64,000 bases of DNA. Origin: Dictyostelium discoideum (Eukaryota). The notes under the pieces are model-generated. The model ran no database searches. It was not told the DNA's origin and saw only the letters and a list, made by a program, of their open reading frames with translations. The stretch covers positions 480,001 through 544,000 of the forward strand of contig CM000150.2 of NCBI GenBank assembly GCA_000004695.1, given 5' to 3'. Of this stretch, positions 27,666 through 40,100 are shown one piece after another (the stretch's first letter is position 1; the number at the start of each line of letters is the position of its first letter). The position numbers and the translations under genes were made by a program.

Positions 27666-30414
27666 ATGGAGAAAAAATTACTAATAATAGTTATCGTCTT
27701 TTTATTTTCAACTATCCAAGTATTTTGTAGAATTGATGATAGTATGTATAAAACAAAAAAACAAAACTTTATCATTTTTCAAAAAACATATTGTATTAAT
27801 AAATGAAAACTTTAAATGAAAAATAGAAACATTTGTAATTTCAAATGAAACATACCTATCATACCATTTTCCTGTTGATAGTGAATACTTTTCATCATTA
27901 AATTTTGAACATTATGAAGGACCATCATTTCAATTGGATTTTGAATGTATTACTTTCAATGGCACAATTTGTTTTTCACAAATTTATCCAGAAATTAAAA
28001 AAAAAATTTATGGTACGTCAATTTCATATTCAACACAAAAAACATACAAATTAGATCAAGAATTGTTTCCAACTCCAATAGTTTCCTCACCTTTCCAACC
28101 TCCAACAAAAGGTGGAATCTCAATTTTAAAAGGTACTTTTTTAACATTTTCGGAAAAAACCTTTTATCAAGTTATCTACCCAAAAAAGCAAAAGATTTTT
28201 ATTTTAGATTCAGAATCGTTATCGTTCGATGCAACAAATTTTAAAGTTAATTGTCCACCTGGTTGTGGTTATCAAATAATTAAATGGGATAATGGTAATT
28301 TATTTAATTTTAGTTATTCAAATCCATCAATATCGGTTGTTAAAATAAATCCATCAAATATTATTGTAAATGGATCTGATTTTTGTGATAGTTCTTATTC
28401 TTCAAATATTACAATTGATGGAGTTATCATTCCAAATTCAAATTATGAAAAAGATGAAGACTCAATTGTAATTATTTATACTCAACAACACACAATCAAA
28501 TCATTAATGAAAATTGAAACAAGCAATGTAACATCTGTTGAAATTGAAATTGTTTTTAAACCAGAACCTTTATTAATAAACTCGGTTCCATATAGTAAAG
28601 GTGGTTTATTAATTTTAGAAGGTTTAAGATTATCTTCAAATACAACAAATAAAAATAATAACAATAATAATATAATTATTAAAATTGGAAATATTACATG
28701 TTCAAACGCAATTTCAATCTCAAATGATTCAATCACATGTAATTTAAATCCGGGTTTTAATAATAAATCAGTTACTTTAAATAATTTACCAGTTTCAGTT
28801 ACAATTAACAATATTACAAATGAAAATAAATTATTATTTAATTATGGCATCGTTAAATTAAATCCAAATAAATATAGTTTACCAGATCGTGTTTTACAAT
28901 TAAATGGTGATTGTCTCGGAAATTCAAATGGTACTATAGTTTATTTAAATGGAAAAGAAACATTATTAAATGATTTAAAAATAAATAACCAAGAAACAAC
29001 TTTATCATTTAAAATACCAGATGAATTTAAATCAAAATTAAATGTTTCAATCAAGGTAAATGATATTTTATCAAATGAAATTCAAATTGATATTTCATTT
29101 TATGCAAGTCATTCAAATGAACAACCAAGTACAAATGGTAATACAAATATTATATTCACATTATATAATATTAAATCTGAAAATTATAATAAAATACCAT
29201 CAATTATTATAATTCCTGAACAAATTGTAATAAATGGTGTTTCAGTAAATTCACCAACCAATCAAGATGTTCATTCGTATTCATTTTTAATTCCAGCTGG
29301 GTGTGGTAAAAAAGATATTCAAATTATAATTGGTAGTCAATCATGTTTGTCATCAATTACATACTTTGAACCAATTATTAAAAATTGTTTAGTATCAGGT
29401 TTTGATGGTACAAATGGAAATATAATTTGTGATGGTAGTTTTGGTAATAAAGATTATTTAATTAAATCATCTGTACTATTTTCAAATGATGAAATTATAC
29501 CACCATCAATCAATAGTACAACATTTTCGTTCCCGCTTATATCAGGTTATCACAGTGATGATTTAATTTTTCAAATGTGTGGTGTTCAAAGTAAACCATT
29601 TAAATTAAACATCTCACCATCATTAAAAGGAATCAATCAAAGTCAAATGGAAACATTAGGTGGTAAATTTTACATTCTTGGTGAATTCTTTAGTGCAAAT
29701 ATAAATTGTAGTGTATTTTGCAATGATAAAGAATATGAAAAAAAATTTGAAAACTCAAAGACGATTTCATTCGATTTACAAATTCCAGGTCCAAATGATA
29801 TTACATGTAATTATACATTTGATAATGGAAAAAATACTGGTGATTTTAAGATTGAATATCCTTTACCATTAATAGAAAATACGAGTTCAATAAATGTAAA
29901 TGGTGGAAATTTAACAATTTATGGTAAAAACTTTTATAATGTTTCAAATATCAAAGTTGAAGTTGATAATCAATTAAAATGTAATAAAATTGAATTTATT
30001 AATTTAAATAGTTTAACCTGTTTCTTACCACCATTTATTGAAACATTATTTAATGATCAAAAACTATTATTAAATTCATCAACAACTATTTTTAGTAAAA
30101 AATTATTATTAAATGTTACATTTGAAAGTAAAACATGGAGTGGATATATTTTTCAATATTCAAAAGAAGAAATAAAAAATAATGATACAAGTGAAAATTC
30201 AACCAATGATATTTTAAATCATGAAAAAAATAATAATAATCAGAAAGATGGAAGTAGTTTAAGTAAAAAAAGTATAATATTATTATCAATATTATTACCT
30301 AGTTTTATTATTTTAATAGTTTCTTTGGCAATTGTTATTCTTGTAATTAAAAGAAATAAAACAAAACATAGTAAAAATATGTCATCAAAAGAGAAAGAAT
30401 TAATGAAACAATAA
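27666..30414 (+). CDS. tgr-like IPT/TIG type-I membrane glycoprotein, array copy 2, join(27666..27741,27827..30414)
   Basis: Signal peptide MEKKLLIIVIVFLFSTIQVFC in exon 1 (GTATGT...ATAG intron, phase 1). At least three IPT/TIG-like modules (e.g. PYSKGGLLILEGLRLSS...IIIKIGNITCSNAISISNDSITCNLNPG; YPLPLIENTSSINVNGGNLTIYGKNFYNVSNIKVEVDNQLKC...LTCFLPPF). More than 50 N-x-S/T sequons. C-terminal TM SIILLSILLPSFIILIVSLAIVILVI with a short basic tail. Lacks 4 aa (FIETLFNDQ) relative to copies 1, 3 and 4 (FNETRKQPLFNDQ). Confidence 0.8.
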
Positions 30415-30807
30415 TAGTAGCAATAAAAATAATTTAATAATTATTAAATTATTAATTTATTATTTACATTTAATAATTAATATTATTTGTAATAGGGAAA
30501 TGGGCATCTTCAAATATTTTTTATTTCTCTGATCATAAATTTGGACCTGACCGATTTTTTTCCAAATTTCAATTTCACATTCTCCCAACTCAACAAAAAG
30601 ATATTACTTAAAAAACTATAAAATTATATCAAATAACAATTTTTAAAAAATAGTGATAATAAAAAAAAAAAAGAAACATTCAATAATAATAATAATTGAA
30701 AAGATGTTTTTAAATTGTTGATTGTTTAGAAGTTTGTATTTTTTTTTGAAAATCCAATTTTAACTTTAAAATACAATTTAATGTTTTTGATAGTGTGTTT
30801 TTTATTT

Positions 30808-30840
<33 letters not shown>

Positions 30841-31340
30841 AATGTGTGTTAGTGTACTATGTTTTATTAGTTATGTGAGTTTGTTGTGTTTTTTCAATTT
30901 ATTCTATTTAAAATAAAGATAATGTTTTCGATAGTGTGTTATTTTTCAATATATTTTTGTTGTCTAAGTTTGGAGAAGTGGGTGTTTTTTTCAAATAATT
31001 ATTGTTTTATGAGTGTTTTTAAGTGGTTAAGTGTGATGAAATTTTTTATTTTTTGTTATTTTAAAAAAATACAAAGTGTTTTTGATTGTGTGTTAGTGTG
31101 TGTTTTTATTTAATTTATTTTTATTCAATTTTTTTAATTATTTTTTAATTTTGTATAAATAAATAATAAAAAAAATAAAACATAATAATTTTTAATTTAT
31201 TTTTTATTTTCATTTGTCAATATTAAAATTTACCAGTATAATAATTTATTATTTTTATCATTCACCAACAAATAATAAAAAAAATTAATTATTTGTTTTA
31301 AAATATTAAAAAATTAAATCTGATTTTAAATAATTTTACA

Positions 31341-34098
31341 ATGGAGAAAAAATTACTAATAATAGTTATCGTCTTTTTATTTTCAACTATCCAAGTATTT
31401 TGTAGAATTGATGATAGTATGTATAAAACAAAAAAACAAAACTTTATCATTTTTCAAAAAACATATTTTATTAATAAATGAAAACTTTAAATGAAAAATA
31501 GAAACATTTGTAATTTCAAATGAAACATACCTATCATACCATTTTCCTGTTGGTAGTGAATACTTTTCATCATTAAATTTTGAACATTATGAAGGACCAT
31601 CATTTCAATTGGATTTTGAATGTATTACTGGCAATGGTACAGTTTGTTTTTCACAAATTTATCCAGAAATTAAAAAAAAATTTTATGGTACGTCAATTTC
31701 ATATTCAACACAAAAAACATACAAATTAGATCATGAATTGTTTCCCACTCCAATAGTTTCCTCACCTTTCCGACCACCAACAAAAGGTGGAATCTCAATT
31801 TTAAAAGGTACTTATTTAACATTTTCTGAAAGACTTTCCTATTATGAAGTTATCTACCCAAAAAAACAAAAGATTGTGATTTCAGATTCAGAATCATTAT
31901 CATTCGATGCAACAAACGTTAAAGTTAATTGTCCACCTGGTTGTGGTTATCAAATAATTAAATGGGAGAATGGCCAATTATTTAATTTTAGTTATTCAAA
32001 TCCATCAGTATTTGATTATAAAATAAATCCATCAAATATTATTGTAAATGGATCTGATTTTTGTGATAGTTCTTATTCTTCAAATATTACAATTGATGGT
32101 GTTATCATTCTAAATTCAAACTACCAAAAAGATGAAGACTCAATTGTAATTATTTATACTCAACAACACACGACCAAATCATTAATGAAAATTGAAACTA
32201 GCAATGTAACTTCTGTTGAAATTGAAATTGTTTTTAAACCAGAACCATTAATTATAAATTCAATTCCATATATTAAAGGTGGTTTAATTATTTTAGAAGG
32301 TTCAAGATTATCTTCAAATACAAATAAAAACAATAATAATAATATAATTATTAAAATTGGAAATATTACATGTTCAAACGCAATTTCAATCTCAAATGAA
32401 TCAATCACATGTAATTTAAATCCGGGTATATATAATAAATCAGTTCCCTTAAATAATTTACCAGTTTCAGTTACAATTAACAATATTACAAATGAAAATA
32501 CATTATTATTTAATTATGGTATGGTCAAATTAAATCCAAATAAATATAGTTTACCAGATCGTGTTTTACAATTAAATGGTGATTGTCTTGGAAATTCAAA
32601 TAGTACCATAGTTTATTTAAATGGAAAAGAAACATTATTAAATGATTTAAAAATAAATAACCAAGAAACAACTTTATCATTTAAAATACCAGATGAATTT
32701 AAATCAAAATTAAATGTTTCAATCAAGGTAAATGATATTTTATCAAATGAAATTCAAATTGATATTTCATTTTATGCAAGTTATTCTAATGAACAACCAA
32801 GTACAAATGGTAATACAAATATAATATTCACATTATATAATATTAAATCTGAAAATTATAATAAAATACCATCAATTATTATAATTCCTGAACAAATTGT
32901 AATAAATGGTGTTTCAGTAAATTCACCAACCAATCAAGATGTTCATTCGTATTCATTTTTAATTCCAGCTGGGTGTGGTAAAAAAGATATTCAAATTATA
33001 ATTGGTAGTCAATCATGTTTGTCATCAATTACATACTTTGAACCAATTATTAAAAATTGTTTAGTATCAGGTTTTGATGGTACAAATGGAAATATAATTT
33101 GTGATGGTAGTTTTGGTAATAAAGATTATTTAATTAAATCATCTGTACTTTTTTCAAATGATGAAATTGTACCACCATCAATCAATAGTACAACATTTTC
33201 GTTCCCACTAATATCAGGTTATCACAGTGATGATTTAATTTTTCAAATGTGCGGTGTTCAAAGTAAACCATTTAAATTAAACATCGCACCATCTTTGAAA
33301 AGAATCGATCAAAGTCAAATGGAAACATTGGGTGGTAAATTTTACATTCTTGGCGAATTCTTTGGTGTAAATATAAATTGTAGTGTATTTTGCAATGATA
33401 AAGAATATGAAAAAAAATTTGAAAACTCAAAGACGATTTCATTCGATTTACAAATTCCAGGTCCAAATGATATTACATGTAATTATACATTTGATAATGG
33501 AAAAAATACTGGTGATTTTAAGATTGAATATCCTTTACCATTAATAGAAAATACGAGTTCAATAAATGTAAATGGTGGAAATTTAACAATTTATGGTAAA
33601 AACTTTTATAATGTTTCAAATATCAAAGTTGAAGTTGATAATCAACTAAAATGTAATAATTTTGAATTTATTAATTTAAATAGTTTAACCTGTTTCTTAC
33701 CACCATTTAATGAAACAAGAAAACAATCATTATTTAATGATCAAAAACTATTATTAAATTCATCAACAACTATTTTTAGCAAAAAATTATTATTAAATGT
33801 TACATTTGAAAGTAAAACATGGAGTGGATATATTTTTCAATATTCAAAAGAAGAAATAAAAAATAATGATACAAGTGAAAATTCAACCAATGATATTTTA
33901 AATCATGAAAAAAATAATAATAATAATCAGAAAGATGGAAGTAGTTTAAGTAAAAAAAGTATAATATTATCAATATTATTACCTGGTTTTATTATTTTAG
34001 TAGTTTCTTTAACAATTGTTATTATTGTAATTAAAAGAAATAAAACAAAACATAGTAAAAATATGTCATCAAAAGAGAAAGAATTAATGAAACAATAA
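31341..34098 (+). CDS. tgr-like IPT/TIG type-I membrane glycoprotein, array copy 3, join(31341..31416,31502..34098)
   Basis: Same architecture as copy 2. Intact ORF with scattered substitutions clustered in the N-terminal domain. One-residue shorter TM (SIILSILLPG...). Confidence 0.8.
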
Positions 34099-35176
34099 TA
34101 GTAGCAATAAAAATAATTTAATAATTATTAAATTATTAAATTATTATTTATATTTAATAATTAATATTATTTGTAATAGGGAAATGGATGTATCTTCAAA
34201 ATATTTTTTATTTCTCTGATCATAAATTTGAACCTGACCGATTTTTTTCCAAATTTCAATTTCACATTCTCCCAACTCAACAAAAAGATATTACTTAAAA
34301 AACGATAAAATTATATCAAATAACAATTTTTAAAAAATAGTAATAAAAAAAAAAAAATTAAAAAGAAACATTCAATAATAATAAAAATTAAAAAAAATGT
34401 TTTTAAATTGTTGATTGTTTAGAAGTTTGTATTTTTTTTTGAAAATCCAATTTTAACTTTGGAGAAGTGGGTGTGTTTTTAATTTTTTTTTTTTGTAAAT
34501 CTAATTATAACTTAGGAGAAGTGGGTGTTTTTTTTTTTTTTTTTTTTTATGAAAGTGTGTTAATGTGTGATGTTTTGATTTGTTAAATGATTTTTTCTCT
34601 TTTAATTCAATTTGTTTTTTTTTAAAATACAATTTAATGTTTTTGATAGTGTGCATTTTTTATTTGTTTTTTTTTTTTTTTTTTTTGGAATGTGTGTTAG
34701 TGTACTATGTTTTATAAGTTATGTGAGTTTGTTGTGTTTTTTCAATTTATTTTATTTAAAATAAAGATAATGTTTTCGATAGTGTGTTATTTTTCAATAT
34801 ATTTTTGTTATCTGAGTTTGAAGAAGTGGGTGTTTTTTCAAATAATTATTGTTTTATGAGTGTTTTTAAGTGGTTAAGTGTGATGAAATTTTTTATTTTT
34901 GTTATTTTAAAAAAAAATACAAAGTTTTTTTGATAGTGTGTTAGTGTGTGTTTATTTAATGTATTTTTATTCAATTTTTTTAATTATTTTTTAATTATAT
35001 TTGAATAAATAATAAAAAAAATAAAACATTAAAATATTTAATTTTTTTTTTTTTTTCATTTGTCAATATTAAAATTTACCAGTATAATTTATTATTTTTA
35101 CCATTCACCAATAAAAAAAAAAATTATTATTTATTTTAAAAATAAAAAACTAAATCTGATTTTAAATAGTTTTACA

Positions 35177-38100
35177 ATGGAGAAAAAATTATTAATAATA
35201 GTTATCATCTTTTTATTTTCAACTATCCAAGTATTTTGTCAAATTGATTATAGTATGTATAAAACAAAAAAACAAACTTTTAATAATTTTTTAAAATATA
35301 TTGTATTAATAATTGAAAACTTTAAATTAAAAATAGAAACATTTGTAATTTCAAATGAAACATACCTATCATACCATTTTCCAGTTGGTAGTGAATATTT
35401 TTCATCATTAAATTTTGAACGTTTCGTAGGTCCATCATTTCAACTGGATTTTGAATGTATTACTTTCAATGGTACAGTTTGTTTTTCTCAAATTAATCAA
35501 GAAAATAAAAAACAATTGTATGGTACATCCATTACCTATACAACAAAAGTAACTATTAGTTTGTATAAGAATAACCTTCCAACTCCAATAGTTTCTTCAC
35601 CTTTCCAACCTCCAACAAAAGGTGGAATCTCAATTTTAAAAGGTACCTATTTAACATTTTCTGAAAGACTTTCCTATTATGAAGTTATCTACCCAAAAAA
35701 ACAAAAGATTGTGATTTCAGATTCAGAATCATTATCATTCGATGCAACAAACGTTAAAGTTAATTGTCCACCTGGTTGTGGTTATCAAATAATTAAATGG
35801 GAGAATGGCCAATTATTTAATTTTAGTTATTCAAATCCATCAGTATTTGATTATAAAATAAATCCATCAAATATTATTGTAAATGGATCTGATTTTTGTG
35901 ATAGTTCTTATTCTTCAAATATTACAATTGATGGTGTTATCATTCCAAATTCAAACTACCAAAAAGATGAAGACTCAATTGTAATTATTTATATTCAACA
36001 ACACACAACCAAATCATTATTGAAAATAGAAACAAGCAATGTAACATCTGTTGAAATTGAAATTGTTTTTAAACCAGAACCATTAATTATAAATTCAATT
36101 CCATATAGTAAAGGTGGTTTAATTATTTTAGATGGTTCAAGATTATCTTCAAATACAAATAAAAACAATAATAATATAATTATTAAAATTGGAAATATTA
36201 CATGTTCAAACGCAATTTCAATCTCAAATGAATCAATCACATGTAATTTAAATCCGGGTATATATAATAAATCAGTTGCCTTAAATAATTTACCAGTTTC
36301 AGTTACAATTAATAATATTACAAATGGAAATACATTATTATTTAATTATGGTATGGTCAAATTAAATCCAAATAAATATAGTTTACCAGATCGTATTTTA
36401 CAATTAAATGGTGATTGTCTCGGAAATTCAAATAGTACTATTGTTTATTTAAATGGAAAAGAAACATTATTAAATGATTTAAAAATAAATAACCAAGAAA
36501 CAACTTTATCATTTAAAATACCAGATGAATTTAAATCAAAATTAAATGTTTCAATCAAGGTAAATGATATTTTATCAAATGAAATTCAAATTGATATTTC
36601 ATTTTATGCAAGTCATTCTAATGAACAACCAAGTACAAATGGTAATACAAATATTATATTCACATTATATAATATTAAATCTGAAAATTATAATAAAATA
36701 CCATCGATTATAATTATTCCTGAACAAATTGTTATTAATGGTGTTTCAGTAAATTCACCAACCAACCAAGATGTTCATTTGTATTCATTTTTAATTCCAG
36801 CTGGGTGTGGTAAAAAAGATATTCAAATTATAATTGGTAGTCAATCATGTTTGTCATCAATTACATACTTTGAACCAATTATTAAAAATTGTTTAGTATC
36901 AGGTTTTGATGGTACAAATGGAAATATAATTTGTGATGGTAGTTTTGGTAATAAAGATTATTTAATTAAATCATCTGTACTTTTTTCAAATGATGAAATT
37001 GTACCACCATCAATCAATAGTACAACATTTTCGTTCCCTCTAATATCAGGTTATCACAGTGATGATTTAATTTTTCAAATGTGCGGTGTTCAAAGTAAAC
37101 CATTTAAATTAAACATCTCACCATCATTAAAAAGAATCAATCAAAGTCAAATGGAAACATTGGGTGGTAAATTTTACATTCTTGGTGAATTCTTTAGTGC
37201 AAATATAAATTGTAGTGTATTTTGCAATGATAAAGAATATGAAAAACATTTTGAAAACTCAAAGACGATTTCATTCGATTTACAAATTCCAGGTCCAAAT
37301 GATATTACATGTAATTATACATTTGATAATGGAAAAAATACTGGTGATTTTAAGATTGAATATCCTTTACCATTAATAGAAAATACGAGTTCAATAAATG
37401 TGAATGGTGGAAATTTAACAATTTATGGTAAAAACTTTTATAATGTTTCAAATATCAAAGTTGAAGTTGATAATCAATTAAAATGTAATAATATTGAATT
37501 TATTAATTTAAACAGTTTAACCTGTTTCTTACCACCATTTAATGAAACAAGAGAGCAATCATTATTTAATGATCAAAAACTATTATTAAATTCATCAACA
37601 ACTATTTTTAGCAAAAAATTATTATTAAATGTTACATTTGAAAGTAAAACATGGAGTGGATATATTTTTCAATATTCAAAAGAAGAAATAAAAAATAATG
37701 GTACAAGTGAAAATTCAAGTAATGATATAATAGATCATGAAAAAAACAATAATACTACAAAAAATGGTAAAGGCGGTATCAATTTAAGTAAAGAAAGTAA
37801 AATAATAATTTCTGTAGTCTTACCTGGTGTTATTATTTTAATAATTTTATCGGTAGTAGTAATCTATCGTATTAGAATAAATAGAATTACACGAAATACA
37901 TATGTGAAAAAAATTAATGAAATGAAAACAATAACACCAGAAGAGAAACGAGATGAAATAGATGAATCAGATGAAATTAAAAAAAAACTTGATATTGAAA
38001 TGTCAGAATTAAGATCCAATCTATTCATACACTCAATCAGTTATACTAACACACTCAAAGAACAACAAATGGAAAGGGATCAAATCAATAAAAGTCCAAG

Positions 38101-38377
38101 TCTACAAATTCAACCACAAAATAATCAATTGAATATAATTAATAATGGTGAAGGTTCAAGTCAACAAATTCAACCACAAAGTAATCAATCAAATATTATT
38201 AATAATGATGAGGGTTCAAGCCACCAATTTCAACCTGAAATTAATCAATCCAATACAATTAATAATAGTGAAGGTTCAAGTCAACAAATTCAACCACAAA
38301 ATAATCAATTGAATATAATTAATAATGATGTGGGTTCAAGTCACCAATCTAAGCAAAATGATAGTACTGGTTGCTGA
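35177..38377 (+). CDS. tgr-like IPT/TIG type-I membrane glycoprotein, array copy 4, join(35177..35252,35337..38377), with a divergent TM and a roughly 200-aa cytoplasmic tail carrying three EGSSQQIQPQNNQLNIINN-type repeats
   Basis: Ectodomain is collinear with copies 2 and 3 up to ...YSKEEIKNNGTSENS. It then diverges (KNGKGGINLSKESKIIISVVLPGVIILIILSVVVIY...) into a long tail with an acidic stretch and three 19-aa repeats. The 3' flank is also unrelated to those of units 1-3. Confidence 0.75.
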   Translation: MEKKLLIIVIIFLFSTIQVFCQIDYSMYKTKKQTFNNFLKYIVLIIENFKLKIETFVISNETYLSYHFPVGSEYFSSLNFERFVGPSFQLDFECITFNGTVCFSQINQENKKQLYGTSITYTTKVTISLYKNNLPTPIVSSPFQPPTKGGISILKGTYLTFSERLSYYEVIYPKKQKIVISDSESLSFDATNVKVNCPPGCGYQIIKWENGQLFNFSYSNPSVFDYKINPSNIIVNGSDFCDSSYSSNITIDGVIIPNSNYQKDEDSIVIIYIQQHTTKSLLKIETSNVTSVEIEIVFKPEPLIINSIPYSKGGLIILDGSRLSSNTNKNNNNIIIKIGNITCSNAISISNESITCNLNPGIYNKSVALNNLPVSVTINNITNGNTLLFNYGMVKLNPNKYSLPDRILQLNGDCLGNSNSTIVYLNGKETLLNDLKINNQETTLSFKIPDEFKSKLNVSIKVNDILSNEIQIDISFYASHSNEQPSTNGNTNIIFTLYNIKSENYNKIPSIIIIPEQIVINGVSVNSPTNQDVHLYSFLIPAGCGKKDIQIIIGSQSCLSSITYFEPIIKNCLVSGFDGTNGNIICDGSFGNKDYLIKSSVLFSNDEIVPPSINSTTFSFPLISGYHSDDLIFQMCGVQSKPFKLNISPSLKRINQSQMETLGGKFYILGEFFSANINCSVFCNDKEYEKHFENSKTISFDLQIPGPNDITCNYTFDNGKNTGDFKIEYPLPLIENTSSINVNGGNLTIYGKNFYNVSNIKVEVDNQLKCNNIEFINLNSLTCFLPPFNETREQSLFNDQKLLLNSSTTIFSKKLLLNVTFESKTWSGYIFQYSKEEIKNNGTSENSSNDIIDHEKNNNTTKNGKGGINLSKESKIIISVVLPGVIILIILSVVVIYRIRINRITRNTYVKKINEMKTITPEEKRDEIDESDEIKKKLDIEMSELRSNLFIHSISYTNTLKEQQMERDQINKSPSLQIQPQNNQLNIINNGEGSSQQIQPQSNQSNIINNDEGSSHQFQPEINQSNTINNSEGSSQQIQPQNNQLNIINNDVGSSHQSKQNDSTGC

Positions 38378-38709
38378 TAAATAATTAAAATAATAAAAAA
38401 AAAATAAAAAAATAAAAAAATAAAAAAATAGTAATAATATAATCCTTTTTTAAAATAATAAATTATAAACAATATTAATTTTTAATTTTTAAAATTATTA
38501 TTTTAGTATTTTCTTTTTACACCTTCAAAGCATAGGTACTTTTTAAAATTGAGATTTTTTTGTTTTTTTGTGTTGGAAAGGAGCAAAATTTGAAAAGATC
38601 TTTCTAAAAATAGAATTAATTTGAATGACAAAGTTTTTTTTTTTTTTTTTTTAAGATTTTTTTTTTTTTTTTTTTTTTATCATTTTTTTTTTTATTTTTA
38701 AAATCAAAA

Positions 38710-40050
38710 ATGAAAAACAGCTCATCAATGTTAAAAGGAGTTAAATCATTTATTGGTAGTGGAATTTATACAAACAAACCAATATATGATGTAGCAATTG
38801 TTGGTGGGGGTATAGTTGGATTAGCAACAGGTAGAGAATTATTAAAGAGGAATCCAAAATTAAAAATTGTAATACTTGAAAAGGAGAATGAAATTGCACC
38901 ACATCAATCATCACATAATAGTGGTGTAATTCATTGTGGAATTTATTATAAACCAGGATCATTAAGAGCTAAACTTTGTACAAAAGGTTCAAAGTTAATG
39001 TATGACTATTGTAATGAAAATCAAATAAACTATGAAAATTGTGGTAAATTAATTGTTGCAACTAAAAAAGAAGAATTTCAACAATTAGAACAACTCTATA
39101 AAAGAGGTATTGAAAATGGTGTACCAAATATAAAACTATTAGAATCAAAAGAACAACTATTATCAATTGAACCATTTATAAATGGTGGTTTACGTGCAAT
39201 TCATACACCATCAACTGGAATCATTGATTATAAAGAAGTCTCAAAATCATTTGGTAATGATATTACTGAAAAGTTTGGAAAAGATTCAAAATCTGAAATT
39301 AAATTAAATTTTAATGCAAAAAATTTTAAATATAATTCAAATGATAAATTATTATTAATTTCAACTGGTGATGATGATGATGATGAAGAACAACAACAAT
39401 CAATTTTAACCAAATATTCAATTGTATGTGGTGGCATGAATAGTGATAGAATTGCAAAAGTTGCATATGGTAATGATGAACCATCGATTGTACCATTTCG
39501 AGGTAGTTTTTTACAATTTAAACCAGAATTTAGACATTTGATTAAAGGTAATGTTTATCCATTACCAAATGCTTCATTCCCATTTTTAGGTGTTCATTTC
39601 ACAAAGAGGATTAATGGTGAAGTTTGGTTAGGTCCAAATGCGGTATTATCATTCGACAGAGAGGGATACAAATTCACAGATTTCAATCTACACGATACTA
39701 TTGATTTAATTAAAAATCCTGGTTTATTTAAATTGGCCAAAAAACATTGGAAATATGGCTTAGGTGAATTGTATAGAGATTTTAATAAAGATCATTTCAT
39801 TCAACTTTTAAAACCATATATGCCAAATATCACCGTGGACATGTTAGAATATGGAGGTAGTGGTGTTAGAAGTCAAGCAATTTCGAAATCTGGTGATTTA
39901 ATTGAAGATTTCATTTTTGATACACCATCAGATGTTCCAATAATACATGTAAGAAATTCACCTTCTCCTGCTGCAACCTCTTCACTTGCAATTGCAATTG
40001 AAATTGTAGATTTAGCTCAAAATAATTTTAAAAATTTAAATTCTTTATAA
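38710..40050 (+). CDS. l2hgdh: L-2-hydroxyglutarate dehydrogenase, mitochondrial (FAD-dependent), single exon, 446 aa
   Basis: DVAIVGGGIVGLATGREL...HQSSHNSGVIHCGIYYKPGSLRAKLC...CGKLIVA...VPFRGSFLQFKP...FPFLGVHFT...WLGPNAVL...GVRSQA...HVRNSPSPAATSSLAIA is collinear with human L2HGDH, including the FAD-binding GxGxxG. Confidence 0.85.
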   Translation: MKNSSSMLKGVKSFIGSGIYTNKPIYDVAIVGGGIVGLATGRELLKRNPKLKIVILEKENEIAPHQSSHNSGVIHCGIYYKPGSLRAKLCTKGSKLMYDYCNENQINYENCGKLIVATKKEEFQQLEQLYKRGIENGVPNIKLLESKEQLLSIEPFINGGLRAIHTPSTGIIDYKEVSKSFGNDITEKFGKDSKSEIKLNFNAKNFKYNSNDKLLLISTGDDDDDEEQQQSILTKYSIVCGGMNSDRIAKVAYGNDEPSIVPFRGSFLQFKPEFRHLIKGNVYPLPNASFPFLGVHFTKRINGEVWLGPNAVLSFDREGYKFTDFNLHDTIDLIKNPGLFKLAKKHWKYGLGELYRDFNKDHFIQLLKPYMPNITVDMLEYGGSGVRSQAISKSGDLIEDFIFDTPSDVPIIHVRNSPSPAATSSLAIAIEIVDLAQNNFKNLNSL

Positions 40051-40100
40051 AAAAAAAAAATAAAATAAAATTTAATAAAAGTACATTTTTATTTATTTAT

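Larger units (their letters stand above)
23400..38400 (+). repeat. Head-to-tail tandem array of four units of about 3.68, 3.68, 3.84 and about 3.2 kb, each a tgr-like IPT/TIG glycoprotein gene with conserved 5' and 3' flanks
   Basis: Start codons at 23986, 27666, 31341 and 35177 sit in near-identical contexts (ttttacaATGGAGAAAAAATTA...). Coding, upstream (about 600 bp) and downstream (about 300 bp) sequences are over 90% identical between units. Confidence 0.9.

Noticed and set aside
24809-36240. Recurrent antisense 80-109-aa ORFs inside each array copy (24809..25057, 28482..28811, 32160..32483, 35995..36240)
   Set aside because: They recur only because the sense genes are duplicated. They are hydrophobic I/L-rich, lie opposite a conserved IPT domain, and have no start-context or splice evidence.
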